From: Oculina patagonica
Lineage: Eukaryota
Assembly (NCBI RefSeq): GCF_052425735.1
Contig: NC_135761.1
Span: forward strand, 20,336,001-20,400,000
Length of the DNA stretch: 64,000 bases
Direction: 5' to 3'
The notes under the pieces were generated by a model. That model was not told the origin of the DNA. It worked only from the letters and a program-made list of their open reading frames with translations, and searched no databases. The translations under genes were made by a program, and so were the position numbers. Position 1 is the stretch's first letter. Every line of letters starts with the position of its first letter. Of the stretch, positions 51,235 to 62,478 are shown piece by piece.

Positions 51235-54200
51235 TTATGCTACGCCATAGCACTTAAGTTTTCCAACGGTATGATAACCTTGCTCGTGACCGTATATATC
51301 TCCAAACCTAAGCTGTTTAACTGGAAGATGTGTCTTGTCAGTGAGCAGACCGCTGTCTTCGCGCCATTCACCGTCATTCTTATCACAGTTACAACCATAA
51401 CTGGAGTCTGCACATGAGTTGGTCATCCCGCATGCGCACTTACCACTGCCAGGCGATGCTCCGCCCCAGTACGTCATCTTAGTAGTGTCACGTGACACCC
51501 ACCAGGCCTGTCCCCATCGAAACATCACTGAATTATAACACTCGTACTTAATAAACTGTTCACAGTGTAAGGAGACCCTGGTAAGACTTGCCAGCTGAGA
51601 CAGGCTTGCTCCTGTATAGTGAATGTCACGTGAATAACAACCCGCGGAGTCACATCCGTTCACGTGCGTTCTGGTCTCACTGTCATGACTTATTACTGTC
51701 ACGCCGACTCCATTCTTGTCACTCATGTCACAATAAACTGTAAATGGTGCCAGGCCTCCTGCGCCATCCGGATCAATGACGTAATTTCCGCTTACACTGG
51801 TGACGAATTTTCTGATCACAGAACAAGAAGTCGCAATAACTGGAGAATTGATTTTTACTTTAGCTTCTATTGTTGACAGAGCATTAGTTGCTTTACAGGT
51901 GTAATATCCTTCGTGTGATTTCTTGATGTTCTGAATCAGCAGTGTTTGATTTTGTAGAACATTGGACTCTACAGGAAGTGAAGACTTGCCATCCTTTGTC
52001 CAAGTGATTGTAGTTCTCAGGTCACTCTCGGCAACACAGGGCAGGTGGAGGTTTGAACTAATCACAGGAGTCACCTCTTGAGGAGGACGGACTTTAAAAC
52101 GCAGAGGAGGAAATACCATCAGTTGAGCAGTGTCAGTTGCTGATCCCAGAATATTCGTAGCTTTACAAACGTATATTCCACCGTCTACTCTTGTCACACT
52201 GTAGATTGTCAGCGCTCCATTCACCACTTTATTTCTGTCTTCAGGCAAACTACCTACTGCCTTTGACCACGTGATACTGGGAAGCGGCTGACCAGTAACA
52301 CTGCAGGCAATGCGGATGTTTTGTTTCTCCTCAGCAATCAATCGGTTGGATGACAATGATAGTTTAGGAGCGACTATCGAAAAACAAGATAAATATATAT
52401 CTTCAGGGGTCAAACAATGGCGAATGCAATTTTTAAATGAAATTTTATCGAATTGTTCCTTTATTATCAATAACAATTTTATATAGATCTTTTCAGTTGA
52501 TTTCAGTTTTCTTTGGCCACTCGCTTTGCGAAGTTTGTTGGGAATTTGGAAACTTCGTTACGAAGTTGCCAATTACATTGCGAGTTCGCGAATCAAGTTG
52601 CGAACTTCGATACAAAGTTCCCAACTTCGGCCCGACTGAACTTCCCAAGTTTGGTAGTTGAAGAAGAACTAGACATGTTGTAAGTTTTTTATTGACGTCG
52701 GTATATTTGTTCAAACAAGTATTTTTCAACTTGAGCTGCAAGAGTGTCGCTGGGATATTCCCACCACAACCTTGCTTCCTTTAAAATTATTGAGTTCAGA
52801 TCGCCATGACTTCCGAGCAGCATGTCTTGTTTCTCCTCAACTAGGAAACTTGCGAAGGTTATTCGGGTCGAGGTTGGGAACTTTGTATCGAAGTTCGCAA
52901 TTTGATTCGCAAACTCGAAACGTAATTGCCAACGAACTTCGCAAAGCGGGCGGCCAAAGTAAACGGAAATCAACTGTAATGCTGGTTAAATTGTAGCCTG
53001 ACATGTGCAGGCTCGTTCCGATTTAAATTTCATGGGATGAAGCAACCCCTGATAAGAAAAGTTTCTCTATTAAATAGTCTAAATACGACTTCATAGTTTG
53101 GATACAATAAGTGCTTCTGCAGTTGCGTTTTCTTTTCATATTTTGCATCGGCTAAAACAAGGACCTTTACACCAAAAAGACCTATGTTTACAAACGGCTT
53201 CTTTTCAAGCATCAACCGCAACTACTCGCCACTAAATATCTAAGTTATATGGAAACTTACACTGGACAGTTAATTTCGCCGAGGCGTTCACTTGTCCCAG
53301 CAAATTTTCAGCTTTGCAGCTGTAATCTCCTTCGTCTCCAGGTCTAACGTCCTTCACAATCAGAGCACCACTGGACTCTACCACGTGACGACCTACAGGC
53401 AGCCGTAAATTGTCCCTTGACCACGTAACTTTCGGCGTTGGATTTCCATCCGTTGTACATTTTAAGATGGCTGTCTGACTTTCGTTGACTGTCATTCCAA
53501 CAGGACGCTGTAGCAGAGATGGAGCCGAGATGGACTGGCCTGGCTCGCCCTTGTTACCTTTCATACCTGGCGGGCCTCTAGGTCCCACGGGACCGGGATC
53601 GCCAGGCACTCCGACATCCCCCTTTATGCCCATCGGTCCTAGAGATCCTATTGGTCCATGTTTACCAGGAGGTCCGTCTGACCCGGGTCTTCCTGGGGGA
53701 CCTGGTCTCCCTCGGGTTCCTGGTTTTCCTCGTCGTCCCGTGTTACCTTTTGGTCCTGTGCGGCAGAGCGTGTGATCTTTAGCACAGAGTTGGTTTTGCA
53801 GCAGACCAAGTTCTTGTTTGATCAGTACTTGTACTTCAGAAGCGGTTAGGGTTGATTTCTGTTGTGAATCATCGGGCGAAGAGCGTTTCTGTCTTGAGAT
53901 GGTCTCCTGTTCACCTGCAAAATTATAGTTAGTTTATATTATTATCGTACACTCTTTCAACCCTTCTTTGACGTTGAGCAGTTGGTATGATGCGACGTAT
54001 TTCCGCTTTGATTTGTCAATGTGACTAACTGACTTCGATCCTAGCTCTCCTCTGGGAGAATAGGGGCCCCCTGGGGGACTCGCATATCAAAGGGACGGGG
54101 ATGCTCGTCGGAAATTTTGAAAAAAACCCTAAAAGAGACCAATCTGGGTGTGGCTAAAGCTATTCTTGACCCCTAAAAGATACCAAAAAACTAAGAATAG

Positions 54201-55519
54201 AATACATATTTGTATAGTTCTTCCTGTTTAGCCCTAAACGAGACCATTATGGCTAAAAATATTGGCGTTTTGCCTGGAACACCCTATGCGAGACTAAAAT
54301 CCGAAATTTACACCCCTAAGCGAGACGACGAGCATCCCTGTCACTTTCATATGCGAGTCCCCCCCCCCCCGGATAGGGTCACATCATCGTACTCTTTTAA
54401 GGTGGCTAAATACAGTTTTGAGGGGGTAAGTGAGCCCAACTTTTAACTCTCTTTAAAAATATTCAGGAATGTTCTTTCTTTCTCTTATTACTGTTTCTTA
54501 AAGCGTATAGCCATCATATGCGACATTTGACCAATAAAAATGCTAATAAACAATCAATAAAGAGCCAAAATGAATGGCCGAGTGCTTAGGAGGGGACTGG
54601 GCACTAGTTGTTTTAACAGCGTTTTTCTCAAAATCTACCCGTATGATCCCACCTCAAAATTTCAGAAATTACAAATTGGCTTTGATTTAACATTCATGCA
54701 GGATAAAATAAAAATCTGTAAGACAGATTTTTCGCAAAATAGAAAAATGTGATATTTTTGCCCCTTTAAAAAATAGCTCAAATTCTGTCTTACAGAATTT
54801 TTTTTTATTTTGCATGAATGTTTAATCAAAGCCAATTTGTAATTTCTGAAATTTTGAGGTGGGGTCATACGGGTAGATTTTGAGAAAAACGCTGTTAAAA
54901 CAACTAGTGCCCAGTCCCCTCCTAAGCACTCGGCCATTCATTTTGACTCTTTATTGATTGTTTATTAGCATTTTTATTTGTCAAATGTCGCATATGATGG
55001 CTATACGCTTTAAGAAAAAATAATAAGAGAAAGAAAGATCATTCCTAAATATTTTTAAAGACAGTTAAAAGTTGGGCTCACTTACCCCCTCAAAACTGTA
55101 TTAAGCCACCTTAAAATTGTAACTATTCGTGTTAGGAAAACCATTCCACAAAAAGCATGTTCCTGCTTGGACAGAAGGCGCGCCAGAATAACTGACAAAT
55201 TACACAAGAACCTATGCTCTTGAAAATCTCAGTAACGTAACTAAATATACGTACCTTTGGAGGCTTGCCAATGGCGGCCTGTAGTCATAATATGCCATCT
55301 TTCGTATTGTTGTTGTACCTTTCGCAGGAGTTTTGTCTCCATCTTATCACAGAATGTTACTGAGTGTGATATCAGTCGATGATGTTCTTGTATTCTGAGT
55401 TCCACGTGAATTAGCGCGATACAACACACAACAGACAACAGCAAGCCTGATGCGCAAGACAAGCGGTGCAGTGTTTGCCTTCTGTTCATCTGCTTCTTTT
55501 CTTTATCTTGGTGTTTCAT
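51235..55519 (-). CDS. Copy 8 of the CniFL-like gene, 685 aa; exons 55255-55519, 53261-53914, 51235-52373
   Basis: Conserved splice sites and open frame. Confidence 0.9.
52494..52976. mobile_element. Mariner/pogo-type MITE in intron 2 of copy 8
   Basis: cagttgatttcagttttctttggcc..gctttgcgaagtt / aacttcgcaaagc..ggccaaagtaaacggaaatcaactg|TA. Absent in copies 3, 5 and 6. Confidence 0.8.
54401..55110. mobile_element. Kolobok-like, almost fully palindromic 710-bp MITE with TTAA TSD in intron 1 of copy 8
   Basis: TTAA|ggtggctaaatacagttttgagggggtaag...cttaccccctcaaaactgtattaagccacc|TTAA. The empty site ctcttttaaaattg is present in copy 3. Confidence 0.9.
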
Positions 55520-56627
55520 CGTCGCAATTGTCACTGCGATCTTGCGATGTCAAATTGATGAAAACGGCGTTTTGTTCACCTTTTGAGTTGCTTACAGATA
55601 AGTCCACTGTGAGTTAATGGCCGATGTAAACTTGATGGTCCGATTTTCACTGCGACTCGCAAATGTAACACGAATCTTAATGTTAACCGATACGGTAAAA
55701 AAAAATTGAAGCATTTGTCTGTGCTCGTTATGACGACTCAGTATCACAGGAAGTATATTATTTTCTTACTGAGGTCACATTTATTTACCACACAGATTGA
55801 CAACAGCATCTGGGCTGATAACGGTGGGTGCACGTGTTTTGGAAGGAGAAGGGTAAAGTGATTTTCCTATTTTCGCTGACGTGTGACACGAATCTTAACC
55901 GATTTGTAGTAAAAACAGCAGCACCTTCTGTTGGTGTTGTGGATATTCAGTATCACCTGGTATCACAGGAAGTGTATTATTATCTTCAGTACCGGGGTCA
56001 CATTTTTTTTATCACAGCATCTGGGCTGATGCCAGTGGGTGTACGCGCACGTGTTTAGGTGAGGAGAGGGGTAAATGTTATCTGGGTGGACAGTTGTATA
56101 AACCGTCAATTGTGAAGTAAATAAATTTAGAAGATTTTTCAAGCTACAATTAAAAGAGAGATAAATGGTAACTTGTTTTATTGATCATTGCGGGTCGTAG
56201 AGTTCACGAATAATTGATACTACAACTTTGTTACCCGTTCTTTGCTGTTTGCCGCGCGATACTCTTCAGACATGGGTTTAAATAGATTGTTCACAACAGC
56301 TGAGAGAATTATACTGCAGTAACTTAACTGCAAAGGTAAAACTCGAGAAATTGCTAATTCTTTTCCTAGCAAACGAAATGTGACAGTGATAAATGGTTAG
56401 TTGGGAGATTGGGGCTAAATTTCAGAGCTTTTAGCAGAAAAAAGTGATCTGCTGTTATCTGTCACACGCTCGCGTATTTTCGCACTGAGTTCCCTCTAAT
56501 TTACTGGCCTATAGAACACTGAATGAAAATGGTAACACTGCGCTATCAAATAATTCTTTTAACGAAGAAAGATGCATCAGCTAATTAAGTCTAGTTAATC
56601 CGATTCGAACCCATTTAGCGGCGCATA

Positions 56628-56828
56628 CCGTAAAATTCCGGTTATAAGCCCTGGGCTTATACAACTTCGCAAGGAACGAGCTACGGGAGTGTTGATCAAA
56701 ATACGTTTTAAAGTTAAAAACGCATATTAAAGCAACATTTAGCCCTGTTCAGTACTGTCAACTGGCAGAGGGGGGCTTATATCCGGGGGGTCTTATAAGC
56801 GGAGGGGCTTAAAACCGGAATTTTACGG
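56628..56828. mobile_element. Mariner/Tigger-type MITE, TA TSD
   Basis: TA|ccgtaaaattccggtt...aaccggaattttacgg|TA. Empty site cgcatacttc at 8831. Confidence 0.85.
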
Positions 56829-58709
56829 TACTTCACTTCCTTGATGGAGCACGTAGTATCCACTTTGTGCAAAAACAGGGTCTATGTATTCTCCACAATA
56901 CGTAAATGTATATTTTCAGCTCGCTATTAGAAATGCTTACCCGTGCTATGTGACAAAAGTTCAAGCCAGTACAAAGGGTGAAAAAGCATGTAACCGTTGG
57001 TAAAACTATTTGGTAAAATACCAAAAAATAAAAAATAAAAAAACGCCTTTGATTACAGTTTACAGATTACAGATGTTTACGAAGGTGTCACTTTACAATA
57101 ATCACTGAAGCCCCGTTCACACTGACCCTGGTAAATTTGAAAACGATTTTTTTTTCTCCGGTCAGGCCAACCGTCCACACTGAAACGGCGTTTTCGGTCA
57201 CCGAAAACGGAACTTTTTAAAAACGCTCACCAATAAAGTGTGTCGTTTTCAAATTTACCCGGGTTCATGTGGACGGAAAACATTTTACCCGGCGTTTTTA
57301 AATTTCTCCGTTTTCAAATGTACCCGGGTCAGTGTGGACGGGGCCTAAGTAACTGGGCGCTTTCCATTCGACCAAAAATTCCGGAAATTTCGGGACAAGA
57401 GCGAATGGTACAGAAATTTCCTGGAAAAGTTCCAGAAAATCCGCAAAGTGTTGACTTTCCGAAATGCGAACCATTCAACCGAAAATCCCCGAAATTCCAG
57501 GAGCAAAATCTAATGGAACTGAAATTTCCGGGAAATTGTTTTCGAAAATTTGGGTCTTCCTTCCGAGGCTGTCCTCTTATCTGGATTTTTTGGGAAAACC
57601 GCCATTTTACACTCAGCCCGAGTTCCTTTGGCCGAGAATTTAGCGAGTTCGGCAGCTGAAAGCAGCTACATGTGTTTAGAAAGCGTTCTTAAAACTCCAT
57701 AAAAAAATTAAGGCCTCGTGGTTAACTTGGTTGTTTTTCGTTTTCAGTTTTGCAGACGACAGCAAAGAAATGTACAAATATTTATAACGCGCGTGCAGGA
57801 TACGCCATTGTATTGTTCCTTAAACTTTTTGTTTGGCGACGTTTTCGTTGCTTGTGTGCCTTTTGAAAGGTCCCTGTTGTTGTGGCCACGATGTCGGTCA
57901 TGGCGGTTTATCAGTGCTCGGAATGCTTTTTTATTAGCAAAAATATTGAGTTATTTGTTCAGCAAACCTGCCACAGTGCATTATTAAAATGTACTGTGAA
58001 GATTCCCATACAAGACGCACTACCATATGCAAATTTTGTTTTGCATTCCGTGCAGTCAACCGGAAAATGCTATTCTCACTGCATAATTAATTAGCTCATA
58101 GCAGAAGTTTTAATTATATGCTCGAATTCCTTCGTTTTGGCGCATGCTTGTTGCAGTGTTGATGCTTTGCGGTCTAAGGGTATAAATCCTGTCGTCATTT
58201 CGCTTGAAACGTGGTCATTTTAACGGTACTCCGGCACGACGGCCAACTTTCGCTTTATAGCCCACAGTCAACCGCCACCAGCGTTTATGGCAGAACAAGG
58301 TCTTCCTCCTCCGCCTGCTCCTGTCGCCGTTGCGGACGTGGAACTTGCTGCTCTTGAACCTCTGTCAGCCGTTGAACCGCCAGCTATCGAACCGCAACCT
58401 TTTCTGCCGCAGGCACCGACTTTGCACGCGGCTCTGGCTGTTGGAGCCGGGGAACGGGTAATTTTCTAGTAACATCTTTAGCCTTGTTTTACGTGTCTTG
58501 TCGGGTTTTATCCGCTGCTTGTGGCTTACGCGCCTGCATTTGTTTTCGGTTTGTATATATTCTGTCTGGGTTGTTTAGTGTTGCTCTTTTGTCGCCGCAT
58601 AGTTCTCCGTATTTTGCTAGTTGCCCGCCATTTGTTCTTTTGCACGTGCTTGTTATTTTCTCTTCTGTCTGCTTTGCGCGCTTTTTAGCATTGCTTATTT
58701 GTGTTTTTG

Positions 58710-59110
58710 CATATCTCTAGGCCTTTGTTTTATTTTTAGCTCACGCAATTTAGGCTTTCTTGTTTTTATTTTGCTAGCTGTGTTAGGGTGTTTTTTCGTC
58801 ACCCTTTGCGGGTCTTATGTTATGCATTTTTCGTTCGCGCAATTTTTACATATCTCTAGGCTTTTATTTTTTAGTCTTGGCTCCCGCAATTAAGGCTTTC
58901 TTTTTTTATTTTGCTAGCCTTGTTAGGGTGTTTTTCGACACCCTTTGCGGGTTTTACGTTGTGCATTTTTATTCGCGCCCTTTTTTGCATGTCTCTAGGC
59001 CTTTGTTTTTCAGTTTAGCTCTCGCAATTAGGGCTTTTTTGTCTTTATTTTAGCACTGTTAGGGCGTTTTTCGCCTCCCTTTGCAGGTCTTATGTTACGC
59101 TTTTTTTATT
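58710..59110. repeat. ~139-bp diverged tandem repeat, 3 units
   Basis: tctctagg anchors at 58714, 58853 and 58992. Confidence 0.7.
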
Positions 59111-59334
59111 TGCACGTTTTGGGTCGGGTTTTCATGTTGTAGTTTATTGTCGCTTAAGTGTTCCATAGCAATTATTTCAGGATTTTCTTTGCCTGTGTTT
59201 ACCACCGGTTTAGACAACTTTTTTTGTTAAGCGGCTACTTTACGGTATACCACCGTTTTAGGCAACTCGTTACGTGGACATGTTTATAGTTTCTTGTGGC
59301 GTTTTTTAATTGTTACAGTACATGTTATAATGTT

Positions 59335-60690
59335 CCACTGTCGAAAAAAACGTCTTTTCGCGTGGCTATTGTTGTGTATACCACCAGTGAAGGCAACGTA
59401 TTGTTGCGGGGCTGTTTATAGGATACCACTGGTTATTGTATGAATGTTATTGTGTATTCCAATGGTGAAGGCAACGTTTTGTTGCGTGGCTATTATTTTG
59501 CGTATGCCACTGCTGAAGGCAACGTGTTGTTGCGTGGCTATTACTTTGTGTATTCCACTGGTGAAGGCAACGTATTGTTGCGTGGCTATTATTTTGCGTA
59601 TTCCACTGGTGAAGGCAACGTTTTGTTGCGTGGCTTTTATTTTGCGTATGCCACTGGTGAAGGCAACGTTTTGTTGCGTGGCTATTATTTTGCGTATGCC
59701 ACTGCTGAAGGCAACGTGTTGTTGCGTGGCTATTACTTTGTGTATTCCACTGGTGAAGGCAACGTATTGTTGCGTGGCTATTATTTTGCGTATTCCACTG
59801 GTGAAGGCAACGTTTTGTTGCGTGGCTATTATTTTGCGTATGCCACTGCTGAAGGCAACGTGTTGTTGCGTGGCTATTACTTTGTGTATTCCACTGGTGA
59901 AGGCAACGTATTGTTGCGTGGCTATTATTTTGCGTATTCCACTGGTGAAGGCAACGTTTTGTTGCGTGGCTTTTATTTTGCGTATGCCACTGGTGAAGGC
60001 AACGTCTTTTCGCGTGGCTATTGTTGTGTATACCACCAGTGAAGGCAAAGTGACTGTTATTGCGTATTCCACCAGTGAAGGCAACGTATTGTTGCGTGGC
60101 TATTATAGGATACCACTGGTAACGTCTTTTCCCGTGGCAATTATTGTGTTTACCACCAGTAAGGTCAAAGTTTTATTGTATGACTGTTATTGCGTTTTCC
60201 ACTGGTAAAGGCAGCACATTGTCGCGTGGCAATCTCTGTGTGGCAATCTTTTAAGGCAAAGCGTTATTGTATGACTGTTCTTACGTATTCCACAGGTGTA
60301 GGCAACGTATTGTTGCATAGCTATTATATTGTGTATACCACCAGTGAAGGTAAAGTTCTGTTCTTGCGTATTCCACTGGTGAAGGTAACCTATTGTCGTG
60401 TGGCTATTATTTTGTATACCACTAGTGGTTAAGGCAAGCGTTATTGTATAAATGTTCGAAATGTTATTTTCCACTAGTGAAGGCAACGTATTGCCGCTTG
60501 GCTATCTTGTGAATACCAACGGTGAAGGCAAAGCGTTGTTGTATTACTGTTATTGCGTATACCTATGGTTAAGAAGCGTGTTGTTGTGTGATTATTATCG
60601 CGAATACCTGTGGCAAGGAAACGTGTTGTTGCATGACTGTTTGTTGCGTATACTTCTGGTGAAGACAATATGTTGTTGCGTGGCTGTTAT
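59335..60690. repeat. 48-bp minisatellite (~12 near-perfect units at 59455-60040, degenerate flanks)
   Basis: Unit ccactggtgaaggcaacgtattgttgcgtggctattattttgcgtatt. Confidence 0.95.
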
Positions 60691-61118
60691 TGCGTTGTAA
60701 CGATACGTTTTATGGCTATCGGGCGTTTATTTGCTTGTACTTGGAAATTCTCGACGGGTAAATGGACGGATGATTCGGTAAATAACATATTTCGACGCGT
60801 AACGGGGGGAACAACTCGGTAGAGCCACTGGCTAGGCTGCCGGCACTCGTTACGTATGCCAGAAGTACAGAGAACTTGTTCCTCCGCCTTAGTGGACGAC
60901 AACACAGCAGAAAACCAAGGAAACTTCTTTGGAACTCAGCAAATCTTCTTTATTGTAGGATAAACTTCGACGGTTCTTCACACTAACTCATAGTACAAAC
61001 TGCCAAGGGTAATCCAGTAAGGTACTGAAGGTAATCATCAAGGTAATCGATTTGTAACAGTTTACGCGTTACTTATATACTAACCTAGACAAATACAGTT
61101 GTCTTTCGCTATTGAATT

Positions 61119-61467
61119 AGGCCTACTCTGGGACCCAAAGTCGCCGTAACTTTGGGCGACTTAAGGCGACTTTAGGCGATTTTAGGCGATTTTAGCTCAT
61201 TTTGTCCAAAATTACGGGCGATTTTGGGCGATTTAAGGCGATTTTGGGCGACTTTAGGCGACTTTGGGCGATTTTGGGCGACTTTAGGCAATTTTAGGTG
61301 ACCGACCTAAGTACAGTTTTAGCTTTACATAGTCTACTATTAATATATAAACTATATACAACGGATTTAAAGCGACTTAGAGCGACTTTAGGCGACTTTA
61401 GGCGACTTTGGGCGACTTTAGGCGATTTTGGGCGACTTTGGGCGATTTTGGGTCCCAGAGTAGGCCT
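61119..61467. mobile_element. MITE with 20-bp TIR, 6-bp TSD (TGAATT) and internal 10-bp repeats
   Basis: tgaatt|aggcctactctgggacccaa...ttgggtcccagagtaggcct|tgaatt, with (ggcgaYttWR)n inside. Confidence 0.85.
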
Positions 61468-62478
61468 TGAATTCTTGTACAAAGAGATCTTATTGTACAT
61501 GAATAAAGGTTAGTTTTTCATGGGAGAGATTGATGTATTTTTCAGAATATAGTATTTTCATTGGTTAAGTTATAATTAGAAATCCAGATTAACTTTTGGT
61601 TCGTTTACCTTGAGGAATATAATGCGAGAATAAAAGGTTACTTTTGAAATGTAAAATCTATTCTCGCTGCATAATTAATTAGCTCATAGCAGAAGTTTTA
61701 ATTATATGCTCGAATTCCTTTGTTTTGGCGCATGCTTGTTGCAGTGTTGATGCTTTGCGGTCTAAGGGTATAAATCCTGTCATTTCGCTTGAAACGTTGT
61801 CTAAGGGTATAAATCCTGTCGTTGGTCTAAGGGTATAAATCCTGTCATTTCGCTTGAAACGTTGTCATTTTAACGGTACTCCGGCACGACGGCCAACTTT
61901 CGCGACGCACCCACCTCCCCTGGTGGCAGTTGACAGAATTTCATGTTTTATCCTCATTGCATGCCTATTGCCTCAGCAGTCGCGAACTCTTCCCATAACT
62001 TAATCTTATGCGATGAGGTAATGAGTATGCAGTGAGGATTTTATACTGTTCCATTCGCTCATGGAATTTTTAGGAAATTCAAACCAGAATTTTTGTCGGA
62101 TGGAAAGCGCCCAGAGTTTTTGCCTGTTACGTAAATATATTTTCAGCACGCTATTAGAGATGCATACCCGTGCCATGGAAAGAAAGTTCAAGCCAGTGCA
62201 AATGGTTATAGCGTGTAAGCGTTTTTGCTCGATGCAACATGACTCTAAATATACTTTGTAGAATACAAAAAATACAGGAAGAAACGCCTTTCATTTTCTT
62301 GATTTGTAACTGATTTTTTCACATTCGTCGCTCGGATTATCCTCGCTTGTTTTTATGCCAGTAATCGTATTGCTATTCGTATTAACATATTACAAGGCTA
62401 AAAGCATATTTTAATAATAAAAAGATGCTGTTCGTATTGTATTACTTTCTTGGGAGTACTTAAATGATATTTGAATGT

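Larger units (their letters stand above)
58071..62046. mobile_element. ~4-kb non-coding insertion with ~180-bp direct repeats (58071-58252, 61659-61903) and short inverted termini
   Basis: It interrupts the TIR element that is contiguous near 10100. Termini are attctcactgcata / tatgcagtgaggat. Confidence 0.7.

Noticed and set aside
59335-60690. Regular repeat array resembling a CRISPR or a repetitive protein gene
   Set aside because: The units are contiguous with no unique spacers, there are no cas genes and the context is eukaryotic. The ORFs follow from a stop-free 48-bp unit.
60696-61110. Possible minus-strand solo LTR (TGTAAC end, AATAAA- and TATA-like signals)
   Set aside because: No matching opposite terminus or TSD was found.
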